Assembly (NCBI GenBank): GCA_963844715.1
Contig: CAWJPJ010000007.1
Coordinates: 864,001-928,000 of the forward strand
DNA from: an uncultured Phycisphaerales bacterium
Lineage (GTDB): Bacteria; Planctomycetota; Phycisphaerae; Tepidisphaerales; Tepidisphaeraceae
Direction of reading: 5' to 3'
DNA length: 64,000 bases
Numbering within the stretch: the first letter of the stretch is position 1; every line of letters starts with the position of its first letter. Made by a program: the position numbers and the translations under genes. The notes beneath the pieces are model-generated. The model did no database searches. It was not told the origin of the DNA and saw only the letters and a list, made by a program, of their open reading frames with translations. Positions 11,304 to 23,218 of this stretch are shown here, in pieces.

Positions 11304-12654
11304 TCCGCATAGGGCGGCAGGTCAAAATCGCGGTTGACGAGCACGCGCACCGGCCAGCCGGGGCGGACAGTGATGGTCGGCTGCACATTCAATTGCCGGT
11401 CGATGATCTTGGAGCCGATGGCGCTGGCCTGTTGCGCAACCGCGTCGCCCACGACATCCCCCGAAGAATTATTCACGTCCTCCTGGGGATTGCGGGCCAG
11501 GTTGCCGGCATAGGCGACGATGCCGGAGAGCACCGCGGCGGCGGCAAGCTTATCACTGTGATAATCCACCTGATCGGCGATCCCGGCGTAGCCGCCGCCG
11601 TCCGTGCCACGCATGCGGTCGAGATTGACGGAAGCTCCATCTGGAAAGAGCAGCTGATGCCACACCAGCAGCGCCCGATCCTGCGCCATGCTGATCTGGC
11701 TGTCATAGCTCCCGTAGAGCCGTGCCCCCTGGGGAATCAGCAGGTGGTTTCCCGTGGCCGAGTCATAAACGGGGGACGTGACTGTGGCCACCACGTCGCC
11801 GGGCAGATCGGTGTTAATGCCGGTGAGCAGCGCCGCGGGGATCACCGTTCCGGCTTGTAACTGGTAGACGCCGGACTTTTCATCGGGCGGTTCTTGCAGG
11901 ACCGGCCGCGGCGGCTCACTACCTGGCGAGGACGGGCCATTGAGGAATGCCAGCTTGCGCTCCTGGTCACTTTGCGGCTGTGGCCCCGGCGCCTGCGGGA
12001 GCAGGGCTTCAAGGCGCTCTCCCTGGCTCTGAATCTCTCGCTCAAAGGCATTGGCATTCCTGTCGGCACCCGGCTCACCGGCGGCGACCATTTGCGCAGG
12101 GTTCGCCGGGGCTTGCACTGCTGAGCCGCCGTGTCATCCAATTTGAAGAACAATCCCGACGCCCAGACCTTGGCTTGCTGCTGGCCGGCGGCGGATTGAT
12201 AGGCGGCGATCTGCTGGGCCAGTTGCTTGTTCTCCTGGCCCACCTTCTGAATAGATTCGGCCAGGCGTGCCAGCGCCTGCTGTAGCGCTTGCTCGCGCGG
12301 CGACGGCTGCATGGAGCCCTGGTAAGGATTCTGCCGGTCCAAATCCGTCGACGCGGCGGATTTTGGCTTGCGCTAGCCACATCCGCATAGCTGGAAGGCA
12401 GGTCCGCGATGGGCGAAGGCTGGGCATTTTCCGGCGGCAGGTCGATCTTGCGCTCCTGAGACGCGCGGATGAAAGTCAATCCCCAGTCCCACGATCAGGG
12501 CTGCCGCGACGACCGCCGCCAATAGAGCCGCCGCCAGGCGAATGTGCCGCCGCTTTAAGCCTGACACGCGCCCGCGGGGAACGCGAATGGTCAGGTTCCG
12601 TGATTCCTCAGCAGAATCATCATGAGGAGTAGGATTGATGGATTCAGAAGACAT
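11300..12654 (-). CDS. trbI: TrbI/VirB10 (indels in the N-terminal half)
   Basis: AGTVIPAALLTGINTDLPG, LLIPQGARLYGSY, D..GYAG..DQVDYH, QPTITVRPG. Confidence 0.9.
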
Positions 12655-12711
12655 GGCATTTTCCTTTTTTGCTGCAAGCGGATTGATTCGAAAGCACCGT
12701 TGGCGCCGCCA

Positions 12712-13686
12712 CTACTCCCGTTCGATTCGGACCACTTCCTGGGGCGATTCGCCCAGGCGCAGCTCGGCCTTTTGGATCACCTGATCGACGATGTAGTAGT
12801 TGCCTCGCTGGCGGTAATTGACGAGCTGCGCATCGCCTTTGCGGCTGAGCACAAACAGAGGGGGCGCTTCCTTGGCGTCCAAACTTGCGGGAAAGGCGAT
12901 AAAGGTCTTGTGACCGTCGGTGAAGACGCGCAAAGGCATCCAGTCGGGCGTATCACCCTTGGCGCGGATGGTGTAATCAAAATCCATGTCCGCCAGATTC
13001 ACCGCCGGGTCGATCAGCATCCGGCTCAACTGGTTCTGCTGCTCCTGGTCGTCAGCAAGCTGGCGGGCAAAATCGGCCGGATAGGTCCACTGGACGGCGG
13101 AGTGGTAGACGCCGGCAAGGCTTTGCAAATCGATCTGGTAGACCCGGCGGTCCGTGCATAAGACCAAGTTGGTTTGAAGGTCCGGCTTGAGAGGCTTGAT
13201 GAGCACCAAGGTCTGAATGCCATTCCCGCCGCCACTGTGACTGTCGCCGACCAGCCACTGCGCGGTGTCTCCGCAGACTTTGGAGATCAGTTGCTCTCCC
13301 GGCTCCAGCAGGATGGTCGTCACGTGACCGGGGCTGGCGATGACCTGATAGACCATGCCTGATACAAAGTCATAGGTCTGGGCCGCCTGGATAAAGCCCT
13401 CTTCCGTGGGCCGCTGAGCAGCGCCGCGTGTGGCGTCGGCGATCACCTGCCCAGCGCTTGGCTGTGAGGCGGCGACCGGGCGAATATCCGGCAGTCGCCG
13501 CCACTGCGGGACGGCCACCGGCACTGCCACCTCTTTGACGATAGGCGGCGGTGGCTCGGTGAGGCGATTGGCCTCCAGGTAGACCGTCTGCGGCGGCGGC
13601 GAACTGCTGCACCCGCCCAGCATCGCTGCGGCGGCGAGCCATATATATGTTGTATGGAAAGAACCCTTCTGATTGATCTGTTTCAT
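12712..13686 (-). CDS. trbG: TrbG/VirB9 lipoprotein
   Basis: Lipobox LGGC, LEPGE, GDT..W, TNLV..TDRRVY, W.PLRVF.DG.KT, LVNYR. Confidence 0.9.
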   Translation of the reverse strand: MKQINQKGSFHTTYIWLAAAAMLGGCSSSPPPQTVYLEANRLTEPPPPIVKEVAVPVAVPQWRRLPDIRPVAASQPSAGQVIADATRGAAQRPTEEGFIQAAQTYDFVSGMVYQVIASPGHVTTILLEPGEQLISKVCGDTAQWLVGDSHSGGGNGIQTLVLIKPLKPDLQTNLVLCTDRRVYQIDLQSLAGVYHSAVQWTYPADFARQLADDQEQQNQLSRMLIDPAVNLADMDFDYTIRAKGDTPDWMPLRVFTDGHKTFIAFPASLDAKEAPPLFVLSRKGDAQLVNYRQRGNYYIVDQVIQKAELRLGESPQEVVRIERE

Positions 13687-13734
13687 GATGTGCTCCGGAT
13701 AAACATGCGATTAAAGTGAAAAGATCTGTAGCTC

Positions 13735-14430
13735 TTAATTGTTCCCGGCAAACTCCTGGCTCCACGTGAAACTGGTGACGTAAACGCCTAGGGGATTTTG
13801 AAAGATAGCTCGGGCGGTTTTGGGCGGCACGATCCTGGTGGTGAACAGACCGGTCCAATAGCTGACCGTGGAGCGGGCGCCATTTTCAAAGGCGGTTTCC
13901 CTCCACGCGCACCTGGTAGCTGGCGTCGGAGCGCTGAAGGACGCTGACGATCTCGACGGACATGGTCACATCCTGGTTGGCGGGATCGGCCAGGCCCGCA
14001 TGTGCGCCGTACTCGCTCATGGTCGTGACGGCATCGCCGGCCAGATAGTGATAGGCTTCCTCCCAGTTCTCCTTGAGCACGACTGGATCGGAAGGGCGTG
14101 AGCGCACCTTCCGCACCAGCTCCGCTAAGTGAAAAGCGATCTGGGCGCTGGTAGGAGTGTAGCCGCGATCCAGAAGCTCAACCTGGCCGATCAGCGCCCC
14201 TGCGGGTCCACCTGGGCGACATAAGCTTCGATCCGCGTGCGGCTGGATTGATAGAGCAGGCCAATCGTCAGCACACCGCTGAGGCCAAAAGCGGCGAAGG
14301 CCATCATCCGCCAGTTCTCCGCTTGCACCTGGGCTGAGCCGATGCGCTGGTCCCACGCCTGCCCCGCGAGCGCAAAGGGGGACTGTTCGACTCCGTGTGA
14401 CTGATAGCTGCGCGTTTGTTTTTTGAACAT
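13735..14430 (-). CDS. trbF: TrbF/VirB8 (two indels)
   Basis: AGQAWDQRIGSA.VQA.NWR, DPVVL..NW..AY, NPLGVYVT.F.WS across three frames. Confidence 0.85.
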
Positions 14431-14458
14431 GTGCGATTCCTTTGTTGAAAAAAACTTC

Positions 14459-15480
14459 TTATTTGCCATCCGCTTTGGGCGCGCGCCGGCCGCGGTGACG
14501 GACGCACCGGCGGCGACCACGGCGCCGCCCCCTGTAAACATCGAAGCTGCTTTCATCGCGCCCCAGCGCATCGCTTGACCGGCATAGGGCGCGCCCTTCT
14601 TGGCCGCGTCGATGGCGGTTCCCGCGGCATACGCGCCAGCCCCACCGGCCATGACGGCCCCTCCCATGCCGTCGGCGGCCAGACTGGGCGAGCCCGAGAC
14701 CAAATCCGAGCTCATGGAGGTGGCCATGCGGGCCAGGAGCAGCAGCGCCACCGCGCCGATCGCCGCGGCGGTCGCCTGACGGATGGTCAGCGCGTCGGCG
14801 GGGACGGCAGTGACCTGCTGCACCAGATTCAGCCCCAGCGCCATCACCAGGGCGAGAACCATGAGCCTTACGCCGCTGGCGATGAGCCAGCCGATGGGGC
14901 GCTCGGCCAAAAATGCCGTCTTGCTGAGCAGCGCCGTGGGCAGGAGCACGAACGACGCCAGCGAGCCGGCCTTGAACTGCACCAGCGCGAGGAATATCTG
15001 GAACGCCAACATGGCGAAGGCGATGAAGTAAACGAGTGCCGCCAACTCGATGATCATGATCTGCGGCAGGTTCTCGAAGGTGGCGCGGATGCCGGTCAGC
15101 TTGGTCGCCGCCATGATCATGTTCCACGCTCCCGACCAGCCGATGGCGACGACCTGGCCGGGGTTGTAGAACTGCTGGGTGGTGATCGAGGAATTCCCCG
15201 CCTTCATCCCCAAGCTCACAAAACCCTGGCCGACGGTGTTGATCAGCGAGGGCCAGTTCATCACCAGCCAGGCGAAGAAGCCGATGTAGAGGAATCTTCG
15301 CGCCAGCGCCGAGAGCACTTCCTCCTGGCTCAAGGCCCAGGTGAGTCCCGCCAGGGTCAGATTGATCAGCAGTAGGGTGGCGAAGAGCCAGTAGACGTCC
15401 CCCTGGATCAGACCGAAGCCGTGGTCGATGAAGTTGAGCGTGTGCTGCAAAACATCGTTGAGGACATTGCCTTCATCCAT
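14459..15480 (-). CDS. trbL: TrbL/VirB6 (fused to trbF in the ORF track by an indel)
   Basis: GFGLIQGDV.WL, LYIGFFAW...NW..L, KTAFLAER, multiple TM helices, Gly/Ala-rich tail. Confidence 0.88.
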
Positions 15481-15513
15481 AAATGCTCCTTCGCTCCACG
15501 GAGACCTGGGAAC

Positions 15514-16308
15514 TCAATTTCCAAACGGTTCGGTAACGGGCGCTACGTCGTAGGTGGTCTGGGCGTCTGAGGTGGCGCGGTTGACCAGTTCCTGGTTCCG
15601 CACGTATTCGGCGGATTCTTCGGACTGCTGCAAGGCCAGCGATCGCTGCGTTGCCAGTTCCGCCGCCTGCTGGTCTTGAAGTTGGGCGCTGAGGGTGACG
15701 AGCATCTCGTTGGTCGCCTGGATCGCCGCCGTTTCACCCGGCGCGTTTTGGCTCGCCGTGGCGAGATCACTCATACGCTGTTGCGTGCCGCTCATGGACG
15801 CCACCGACGCCTCCTGCATCTGAATGGCCTTGGCCGCCGCGCCGCGCGCCGCAGAGTTCCACTGGTCGGGGTACTGGGCGATCTGTGTGTCGGACTGGCC
15901 TCGCCAGTCCTGGGGAGCGGGATAGGCGTCGCGGATCAGTTGCGCGATCAATCCGCAGTTGAAGGCCGCGGTGAAGCCGATGGGGTCGGTCGAGCCTTCG
16001 CTTTGCATCTCGCCGCAGAACTGCTGGAGGGTCTGCTGAATCTGCTCCATGATCCCCACCGCCTGCTGGGCATTGGAGATGCTCAGGTGCTGGAGCATGC
16101 GGCTTTCGTTCTGAAGGGATTGGATCTGGTTCTGAATCTGCTGGACCTGGTTATCGATCTCCTGAGCCTGATGCGCCAGTTGCTCGATCAGCAGCGTCCC
16201 ATTGGTCGGGTCATAGACGATCCACTGGGCTTTGGCCCGCGAGGCCAGAATCAAAGGGAGCAGAAACGACCCCGCAAGGACGATATTGCGAATGAAGTTC
16301 TTACTCAT
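15514..16308 (-). CDS. trbJ: TrbJ/VirB5
   Basis: Signal peptide, AQWIVYDPTN, Q-rich coiled coil, SQ.A.G..AA.QATNE. Confidence 0.85.
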   Translation of the reverse strand: MSKNFIRNIVLAGSFLLPLILASRAKAQWIVYDPTNGTLLIEQLAHQAQEIDNQVQQIQNQIQSLQNESRMLQHLSISNAQQAVGIMEQIQQTLQQFCGEMQSEGSTDPIGFTAAFNCGLIAQLIRDAYPAPQDWRGQSDTQIAQYPDQWNSAARGAAAKAIQMQEASVASMSGTQQRMSDLATASQNAPGETAAIQATNEMLVTLSAQLQDQQAAELATQRSLALQQSEESAEYVRNQELVNRATSDAQTTYDVAPVTEPFGN

Positions 16309-16311
16309 GGT

Positions 16312-18772
16312 CTACTCCTTCGTAGTTGAGATTTGGGAACCTGGACTATTCACACTGTCGAGCAGCGCCGCATCCACTCCCCGCGCGGTAAGGAACCGCC
16401 TGGCAAATTCACTCCGCGGGCAGTCGCGGCAGAATCTTTCCGGCGAGCGTGCGGTCACCGTGGGAACTGGCGGCGCACACCGCCAGGGCTACGGGACTTA
16501 ATCCAAGCTCAAAGAGGCGGTCCCCGTCGCGGCTTTGGTAGTAGTAATCGCGTTTGGGGGCTGCGGAGGCGAGGATGCGAAGCTGCTGCTCGCTGAGGCC
16601 AAAGGCTTCATAGACCCGCCGCACGGCCGGCTCCATCGCCCGTGCGTTGGGCAGGAAGATGCGCGTGAGGCAGTTTTCAATCAGCGCCGGCGCGATGGGC
16701 GAGTCGGCGATGTCGCTGAGGCTTTGGGTGGCGAAGACGACGGCGACGTTGCGCTTGCGCAGGACCTTGAGCCATTCGCGGATTTTGGAGGCAAACAACC
16801 CATCCGCCAGAAACACCCACGCCTCATCGAGCACGAGGAGCGTTGGCCTTCCCCCTGTCTCCTCGGCGGCAAAGCGCTCTTCCAGACGATGAAACAAATA
16901 AGTCAGCACCGCGGCGGTGGCGGCTTTGCTCTGCATCAACTGCTCGGTCTCAAAAGCTTGCCAGGTTCCGCGATTCAGTTCGTCTTGATTGGCGTCCAGC
17001 AAGTGGCCGTAAGGCCCTTGCAACGTGTAGCGCCGCAAAGCTTCCTTGGCGGCGCGGTGCTGTAAGAGATTGGTGAAGCTGCTGAGTGTCCGATCTCGCA
17101 CCTCGCTGGCGCCCAGCAGTTCCAATACACGCCAGAGCTCTTCCTTGAGAATTGGATCAGCCTTGACGCCCTCGCGCTCCAGGATGTCGAGGAGCCATTC
17201 CTGCGCCCAGAGCGCTCCGGCGGCTCATGCACGCGCGCCAGTGGCTGAAAGCTCAAGCCTCCTTCGGTCGCGCCAAGATCGTAGTAATCGCCGGCGGCGG
17301 CGAGCGTCAGCACCTTAAAGCTTCCCCCCTTGTCAAAGAAGTAGACCTGCGCCTGCGGGTATCTTCTCCACTGGCTGGCCAGGAAGTTGAGCAGCGTGCT
17401 CTTGCCCGCCCCGGTGGGGCCGCAGACCATGGTGTGGCCGACGTCCCCCTGGAACAGCGACAAACGAAACGGCGTAGCGCCCTTGGTCTGAGCTTGAAGG
17501 AGTACCGGGCCATTCAGGTGCTCGCATCGCCCCGGTCCCGGCCATACGCTGCTGAGAGGGATCAGATCGCAGAGATTCAGCGAGCCGATCACCGGCCTTC
17601 GCACGTCGGCGTAGGCATGACCGGGAAGAGAGCCCAGCCACGCCTCCACCGCGTTGACCGTTTCGATCTTGGAGACCAGCCCCACGCCGTCGATCACGCG
17701 CTGCACCGCCGCCGCCTTCTGATGGGCCTGATGAAGATCGCTGTCCCAGACCGTGACGGTGAGGGTCAAATACCCATAGCTGCACAGGTCCGCGCCAGGT
17801 ATTGCATTGCCTCATCGGCATCGTGCGCCTTGTTGACGCTGTCGCTGTCTTCCAGCGTGGAGGCTTCCTTGGTGATTGTCTCTTTCAGCAGCGAAGCGAG
17901 GCCCTTGCGCTTGGCGAACCACTGGCGGCGCAGGGAGGCCAGGAGCTTTTCAGCATTGGTCTTGTCCATGGGAAGCCAGCGCACGACCCAGCGATACGGC
18001 AGAGGGAGTTGATTCAGGCCGTCCAAAAGTCCCGGCATGGTGCGGTGGGGGTAGGCGCGGATGCTGACGGTCTGGAGATAATCATTGCCAAGCTTTGGCT
18101 CGAATCCTCCGGCTAAACAATCGTCGGTCAGCATCTCATCCAGGTAGAACGGCACGGGCGGGAGCTCGATGTGCAAGTGCCGGCGCGTGGAGACGCACTG
18201 ATGCAAATAGGTCAGCAGGTCGCTTTCAGCGAGCTCCAAAACCAGCGGCATAAAGGAGCGCAGGAGGCCGCCGATCTGGTCCACCTGCGCAGGAAACCTT
18301 CCAGTTCCCGATGATAGTCAAGTCCGCGCAACTGCGCCGCGGACTCGACAAACAGATCGCGCCCACCGGCCAGGCGCTCCTCGGGTGGCAGGTAGGTCAG
18401 AACCAGGGCGTGATCCGATTCAAAATGCGTCTGGTCCGCCTCAAAACTTTTTCGCCGCTCGGCTTCGATCGCTGCGGTGACGGGATCGGGGAATACTGAG
18501 GTCGGGTAATCCTGGCTGGGGCGGCGATGGGCTTCGACGTGCAGGCACCAGCGCGAACCCAGGCGCTTGAGCGCATTGTTCATTCGCGCCCGCACCGCGA
18601 TGAGCTCGTGATCCGAGCAGCTGTCCAAATCCGGCCCGCGGAAGCGATACGCCGCCAGGAATGAGCCATCTTTGTTCAGGACGACGCGCGGGTGAATCAG
18701 GGCCGCCCAGGGGAGGTAGTCACTGAGCTTTTTGCCTTTGCGGCGATATTCGGAGATGTTAAACATGAGCAT
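16312..18772 (-). CDS. trbE: TrbE/VirB4 ATPase (several indels)
   Basis: LSDYLPWAAL..VVLNKDGS, FRGPDLDS, VGHT.V.GPTGAGKS, DEAW, IREWLK.LRK.N..V.FATQS. Confidence 0.92.
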
Positions 18773-19050
18773 CAACCTTCCAAATGAGCGGGCAAACGAA
18801 TCTGACGGCGGAACACGTCCAGCCACAGCGGATCGGCCTTGGTCAGCGCCACCGCCGCCGCGTGCATCGCCAGCCCCAGGGGTACTCCCAGCCACCAAAC
18901 CTGCAAGCCCAAGGACAGGGCCGCGGCCATCGTGCCGTTGAGGATCGCCACGGGTCGGGGCACGCCTCCCATAAGCACCGATTGCGTCAGGGAAATGCTC
19001 AGGGGGATCTCGAAACCTTCGGGCTTTTCCTGATGAAGCGAACTGGTGGC
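18772..19050 (-). CDS. trbD: TrbD/VirB3 (start approximate)
   Basis: GFEIPL..SLT..VLMGGVPR..AILNGT.AAAL.LGL...DP. Confidence 0.85.
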   Translation of the reverse strand, partial: ATSSLHQEKPEGFEIPLSISLTQSVLMGGVPRPVAILNGTMAAALSLGLQVWWLGVPLGLAMHAAAVALTKADPLWLDVFRRQIRLPAHLEG

Positions 19051-19058
19051 GAGGGTTT

Positions 19059-19376
19059 TCAAAACGTCAGCCCTCCGGTGAACCCGAAGAAGGTCAGGCC
19101 GAACTGCGCGGCGGCGAAGGCGATGGACAGGCCCAGGACGACCCCCAGTACCCGGCGCAGGGTGCTGCCCCCCTCGCTGAACGCGAAGGCGAAGCCGACC
19201 GAGACAATGGCCAGCACTCCCAGGCCCTTGGCGACAGGGCCGGTGAGGCTTTGGACGATCTGGTCCAGAGGCCCCTCCCAGGGCATATCGGTGCCGGCGG
19301 CGAAGGCGGCGCTGGGGACAGCCAGCGCCATTCCTGCCGCGACTGCCATCAGCAGGCGAGAAGATCTGTGTTTCAT
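19059..19376 (-). CDS. trbC: TrbC/VirB2 pilin
   Basis: Signal peptide, MPWEGPL..I..SLTGPVA, GLSIAFAA. Confidence 0.9.
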   Translation of the reverse strand: MKHRSSRLLMAVAAGMALAVPSAAFAAGTDMPWEGPLDQIVQSLTGPVAKGLGVLAIVSVGFAFAFSEGGSTLRRVLGVVLGLSIAFAAAQFGLTFFGFTGGLTF

Positions 19377-19577
19377 GATGAAACTCCTCGTTAAAGTTCA
19401 CGTCATATGGCCCACCTGTCAGCGCACCTGAGCCAGTTGTTAGGAATGATGAGCATGAAGCGCGCGCCGTCGCGCGCAAGATCGGCGCGAAGTGACGGCG
19501 ATTTGAGTTGCGGGATCGTTGCGCTCTCGCGCTTCTCTAACGATGAAAGTGGCGCCACATATCGGGGGAGTGGGGAT

Positions 19578-19672
19578 CGGGGAGAGGGGTCAAACCCCTC
19601 TCCCCGGCGCGGTTTCACACAATATATATATAGAAAGGCAGCCGGATCGGAATTCAAATCCGATCCGGCTGC
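19578..19672. other. Two perfect hairpins flanking a (TA)n tract
   Basis: cggggagaggggt/acccctctccccg (19578-19606) and gcagccggatcgga/tccgatccggctgc (19638-19672), with aatatatatata between them. Confidence 0.8.
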
Positions 19673-19700
19673 TGCACTTCATCGGCTGACAACGATGTCG

Positions 19701-21179
19701 CTATGCCCCCGGCGTTTGCTCCTGGTTCCGGGCCTCTGGCTCCTCCCGCAGATTGGATGGCAGCCATGCGTTGAGCTTCGCCGCCAGCTTGGCATCCTCC
19801 ACGCGTCCTTCGGCGGCATCGGTAAACAGCTTGGCAAGCTCCGAAACGAGCTCCGATTTCTTCTTGTTCTCGGCGGCTTTTGAATAGACCGGACCGCGAA
19901 ACTCGCCGATCAGGTGGGCAAGTTGAATCTTCTGGTATCCCGCCAGCCACTTCTCATCGGGACGCCAGTAGCGGCGCACTTCCACGCCCAACTCGACGGC
20001 CAGACGCCAGACCAGTTCCGTTCGGCGTTGCAGGTGGACCGTGATGCACTCGACCGTCAGAAGATCGATCAGCGCATCCAGCTTCTTCTCGGATAGGCGC
20101 TTCACGGCCTCGTAAGCAACATGATCCTCGACGTAGTGCTGGTCATGCAGCGGGTCCAACTCAACCCGACGCTTACGGAGGATGTCGAGCGCCATTGACG
20201 CGAAGCCTTCGGCTCGGTCGGCGTGAACGGTCGTCCCGTTCGCATCATGCCGGATCGAAAGCGCCTCGCTACGCACCTTGTCATGCAGTATCAATGCCAA
20301 AACACGTCTGCAAACTCGGCCGTCTTTGAGCAGAAGTTCGCGGACGGCCAACGCCTGATGCGTGAACGTCGCGGCAAGCTGTGGCTCTTTCAGGTCATCC
20401 GAAGTCGGCGGCTTCGGTGCGACGTGTCCATTGCCCCCATGAACGCCATTGCCCGATGCGTTGCGACGGTTTCGCGGGATACGGTATTCACGTCGCACCC
20501 GACCATCCGGGTCGAGCAACAAGAACGCCGTGCCAACGGCCTTCGTCGCCTCGGCGTAGTGAACCTCGGCATCCTCGGTTAAGGTCTGTCCCTCGTCGTC
20601 CAGCGTTTCCAGCTTCGTCTGAACGTCCTGATATGCCTTTTGCTCCGACTCGCTGAACTCGCCGGGTCCGGCTTCTAGTTCCGCGATCTTCGCCTCCAGC
20701 TTGCTCCGTTTGTGCGCCAGCTTTTCGAGCTTGGCGGTGGTCTGCTGGTCGTACTCCTGCGGCGCATCAGCCATCGAAAATAGCCGATCCTGCACGTCGG
20801 CCTGCGGACCAACCACAACGTCGCCCCAACCTTCCTCGATCAGCTTTTGCCGCTCGGCCAAAAGCGCTTCAGCCTGCGCCTCCATGAACGCCTTGCGCTC
20901 GATCAGCACGCGCTCGGCAAACAGGTCTTTGCTGACGGCGGATTCCGGCAACTTCGACACGTCGAAGGTGGCGGACTTGGCGTCGATCCACGCGTGGGCA
21001 ATCACGTTGCGGACGTGCTGTGCATGCTCTGGGTTGCTGCCGACTTCCTGCCAGACTTCCAATTGACGATCCGCCGGAACGGACGCGAACGCCTCGGCGG
21101 TCGCGGTGTCGATTTCACCTTGGCGGTACGCGGCCTTCACCGGATCGGCCAGAGTTGCCAGCTTCATGCGCTGGCGCAC
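19701..21179 (-). pseudogene. ParB-like protein, C-terminal part (gene interrupted by RIT element 1)
   Basis: Starts VRQRMKLATL, the continuation of the HTH in the 24831-25286 fragment; C-terminal W.PD...K..L...KKSELV is typical of ICE ParB proteins. Confidence 0.85.
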
Positions 21180-21265
21180 TTATGTGTTGAGTATATTTAT
21201 GTTGTCAGATCACACCAACCAGTGGCTTCCCTGGACGCGATAGGCTGTTGTGACCACATAATTTT

Positions 21266-22279
21266 TTACAATGCCTGCAAGAACTCCATCAGTTTTGGAT
21301 TGGCTTTCCATGATTTGCGTTTGGACGACCTTGGCCCAGTGAGCTCGCATGTGGCGAGCATTTTTGCTTTGGTTTCCAAGTCGATCTCGGCGTACACGTT
21401 GGTCGTATTGATTGACACGTGACCGAGCCAGGCGCGAATGGTGTTGATGTCCACGCCAGCGCGCAGTAGATGTGTTGCGGTGGTGTGGCGGATCGTGTGC
21501 GGCCCGACTCGCTTCCTGGCCAGCGTTGCGACTTTCCTGCTGGCCGCGTCGACGTGCCGCGACACCAACGCATGAACGCCGAAACGTGTGAGCGGCTCGC
21601 CGCGTTGGTTTAAGAACAGTTTTTCGCCTTCGGCGCGGTTGTCAGCCAGTTCCTTGAGCTTGTCGATCGTCGTGGGCCAGAGCGGACAAAATCGAGTTTT
21701 GTTCCCCTTGCCAACCAAGCGCACCGATCCGGCGCCATCGGCGCGGCGTTCGATATCAGCCAGCGTCACCGCAACTGCCTCGCTCACGCGGGCGCCGGTG
21801 TTGTACAAAAACAGCAGCAGTGCATGATCGCGGCGACCAATCTGGCGCGCAACATCCGGCGCGGCGATCAGAGCGTCAATCTCCGGCTTATCGAGATAGC
21901 ACAGCGCCGGTCGATGGAACCGCTTCGATGGAATAACCCGGATTGCCGAGCACCAGGCGATGTGTTCGGGTGCATGGTCGGCGACAAAGCGAGCGAAGGC
22001 GTGGATGGCGGCAAGCCGCTGGTTGCGAGTACGTATGGTGCATTTGCGCTCTGATTCCAGGTGTGACAAAAAGCTTCGCAACCGATCAGGCGAGAGCGCA
22101 TCGACTGTCAGGCGATCCACCGCCGCACCTGTCTTCTTGGAGACGAAAGGCATCAACTGAGCGAAGGCATCGCGATAACTGCGCTGTGTGTTGCGCGATA
22201 AATTGCGTTCGGCAACCAGATGTTCCAGAAGGAAACGGCGAATCCACGTACCCAGTAAAACGCTTTTTTGTGTCATCAT
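21266..22279 (-). CDS. RIT tyrosine recombinase C
   Basis: S.NT..SYRD, TRNQRLAAI, YNTGARVSE, HTIRHTTA.HLL, WLGH....TT..Y. Confidence 0.92.
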   Translation of the reverse strand: MMTQKSVLLGTWIRRFLLEHLVAERNLSRNTQRSYRDAFAQLMPFVSKKTGAAVDRLTVDALSPDRLRSFLSHLESERKCTIRTRNQRLAAIHAFARFVADHAPEHIAWCSAIRVIPSKRFHRPALCYLDKPEIDALIAAPDVARQIGRRDHALLLFLYNTGARVSEAVAVTLADIERRADGAGSVRLVGKGNKTRFCPLWPTTIDKLKELADNRAEGEKLFLNQRGEPLTRFGVHALVSRHVDAASRKVATLARKRVGPHTIRHTTATHLLRAGVDINTIRAWLGHVSINTTNVYAEIDLETKAKMLATCELTGPRSSKRKSWKANPKLMEFLQAL

Positions 22280-23208
22280 CCTGCCATCGGTAAGGCGTAG
22301 TTGCGGAAGAGAGAGCTTGCCTCCTGGGCCAGTTCGCTGGTCAGTTGCAGATAAACCTGCGTCTCGCGAACGCTGCAATGGCCCAGATACGTCGCCAAGC
22401 GTGGTAGTAATTGCTGAACGTTCTTGCCCGCGCGGTACCAGCTAATCAGCCGGTTCACAGCGAAGGTATGCCGCAGATCATGCAACCTCGGCTGAAAGAA
22501 AAAGCTGGTTGGTCGGCGGATTCCAATCTGTTCGCGCAGGAGCTTGTAGCTGTGTTGCGCGGTCTGCTTGGCAATCCGCCGTCCCGTGCGATCGGTTAGA
22601 AACGGCTTGTCATTGCCGGCGTCGCCGGCGCGATGCTTGCCTTGGTAGGCGATCAGCAGACTGCGCAGGTCAGCGCCGATCGGCACCAGCCGGCTTTTGT
22701 AGAACTTGGTCTGGCGGATGGTAAGGATGCTCGCCCGCAGGTCCACGTCTTCCACATTCAGCGCCAACGCTTCGCTGATGCGAAGCCCGCTGCCATATAG
22801 CAGCAACAGAATCGTTCTCATGGTGGCTGGGCTGAGTAACCAACAGTTGCGATACCGCTGACTGGTCGCTTCCAAGAGCGACTTCATCTCCGCGACCGAA
22901 TAAATGTAGGGAATGAACGACCACTGCCGACGAGGCTTGTCCCGCGGCAACGGAGACGCCGATGCGTACTTGCGGCTGATCGCAAACCGATAAAAACCGG
23001 CCAGGGCATGATACTTGGAGAGCCAATAGTTGGTGACGGGGCCATCTCCATCGAGATAGCGGCGCACTGTTTGAGGAGTCACGCGCCGCAGCTCGACATC
23101 GCCAACGGCTCGGGCAAAGGCGTGGAGCAGGCCTTTTTCTCTGCAAAAACCAATGCCCAGTGATTGGCGGTACTCCACGTAACTGTTAACACAGGCCGAG
23201 ACCTTCAT
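22276..23208 (-). CDS. RIT tyrosine recombinase B
   Basis: PYIYS, GLRISEAL, TKFYKSRLVP, PRLHDLRHTFAV, L.TYLGH.....T..YL. Confidence 0.92.
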   Translation of the reverse strand: MKVSACVNSYVEYRQSLGIGFCREKGLLHAFARAVGDVELRRVTPQTVRRYLDGDGPVTNYWLSKYHALAGFYRFAISRKYASASPLPRDKPRRQWSFIPYIYSVAEMKSLLEATSQRYRNCWLLSPATMRTILLLLYGSGLRISEALALNVEDVDLRASILTIRQTKFYKSRLVPIGADLRSLLIAYQGKHRAGDAGNDKPFLTDRTGRRIAKQTAQHSYKLLREQIGIRRPTSFFFQPRLHDLRHTFAVNRLISWYRAGKNVQQLLPRLATYLGHCSVRETQVYLQLTSELAQEASSLFRNYALPMAG

Positions 23209-23218
23209 TCCTGCTCCT

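Noticed and set aside
14191..15480. Apparent TrbL-TrbF fusion protein
   Set aside because: trbF has its own RBS and ATG at 14430, and a stop sits at 14459-14461 in another frame, so the fusion is most likely an indel artefact.
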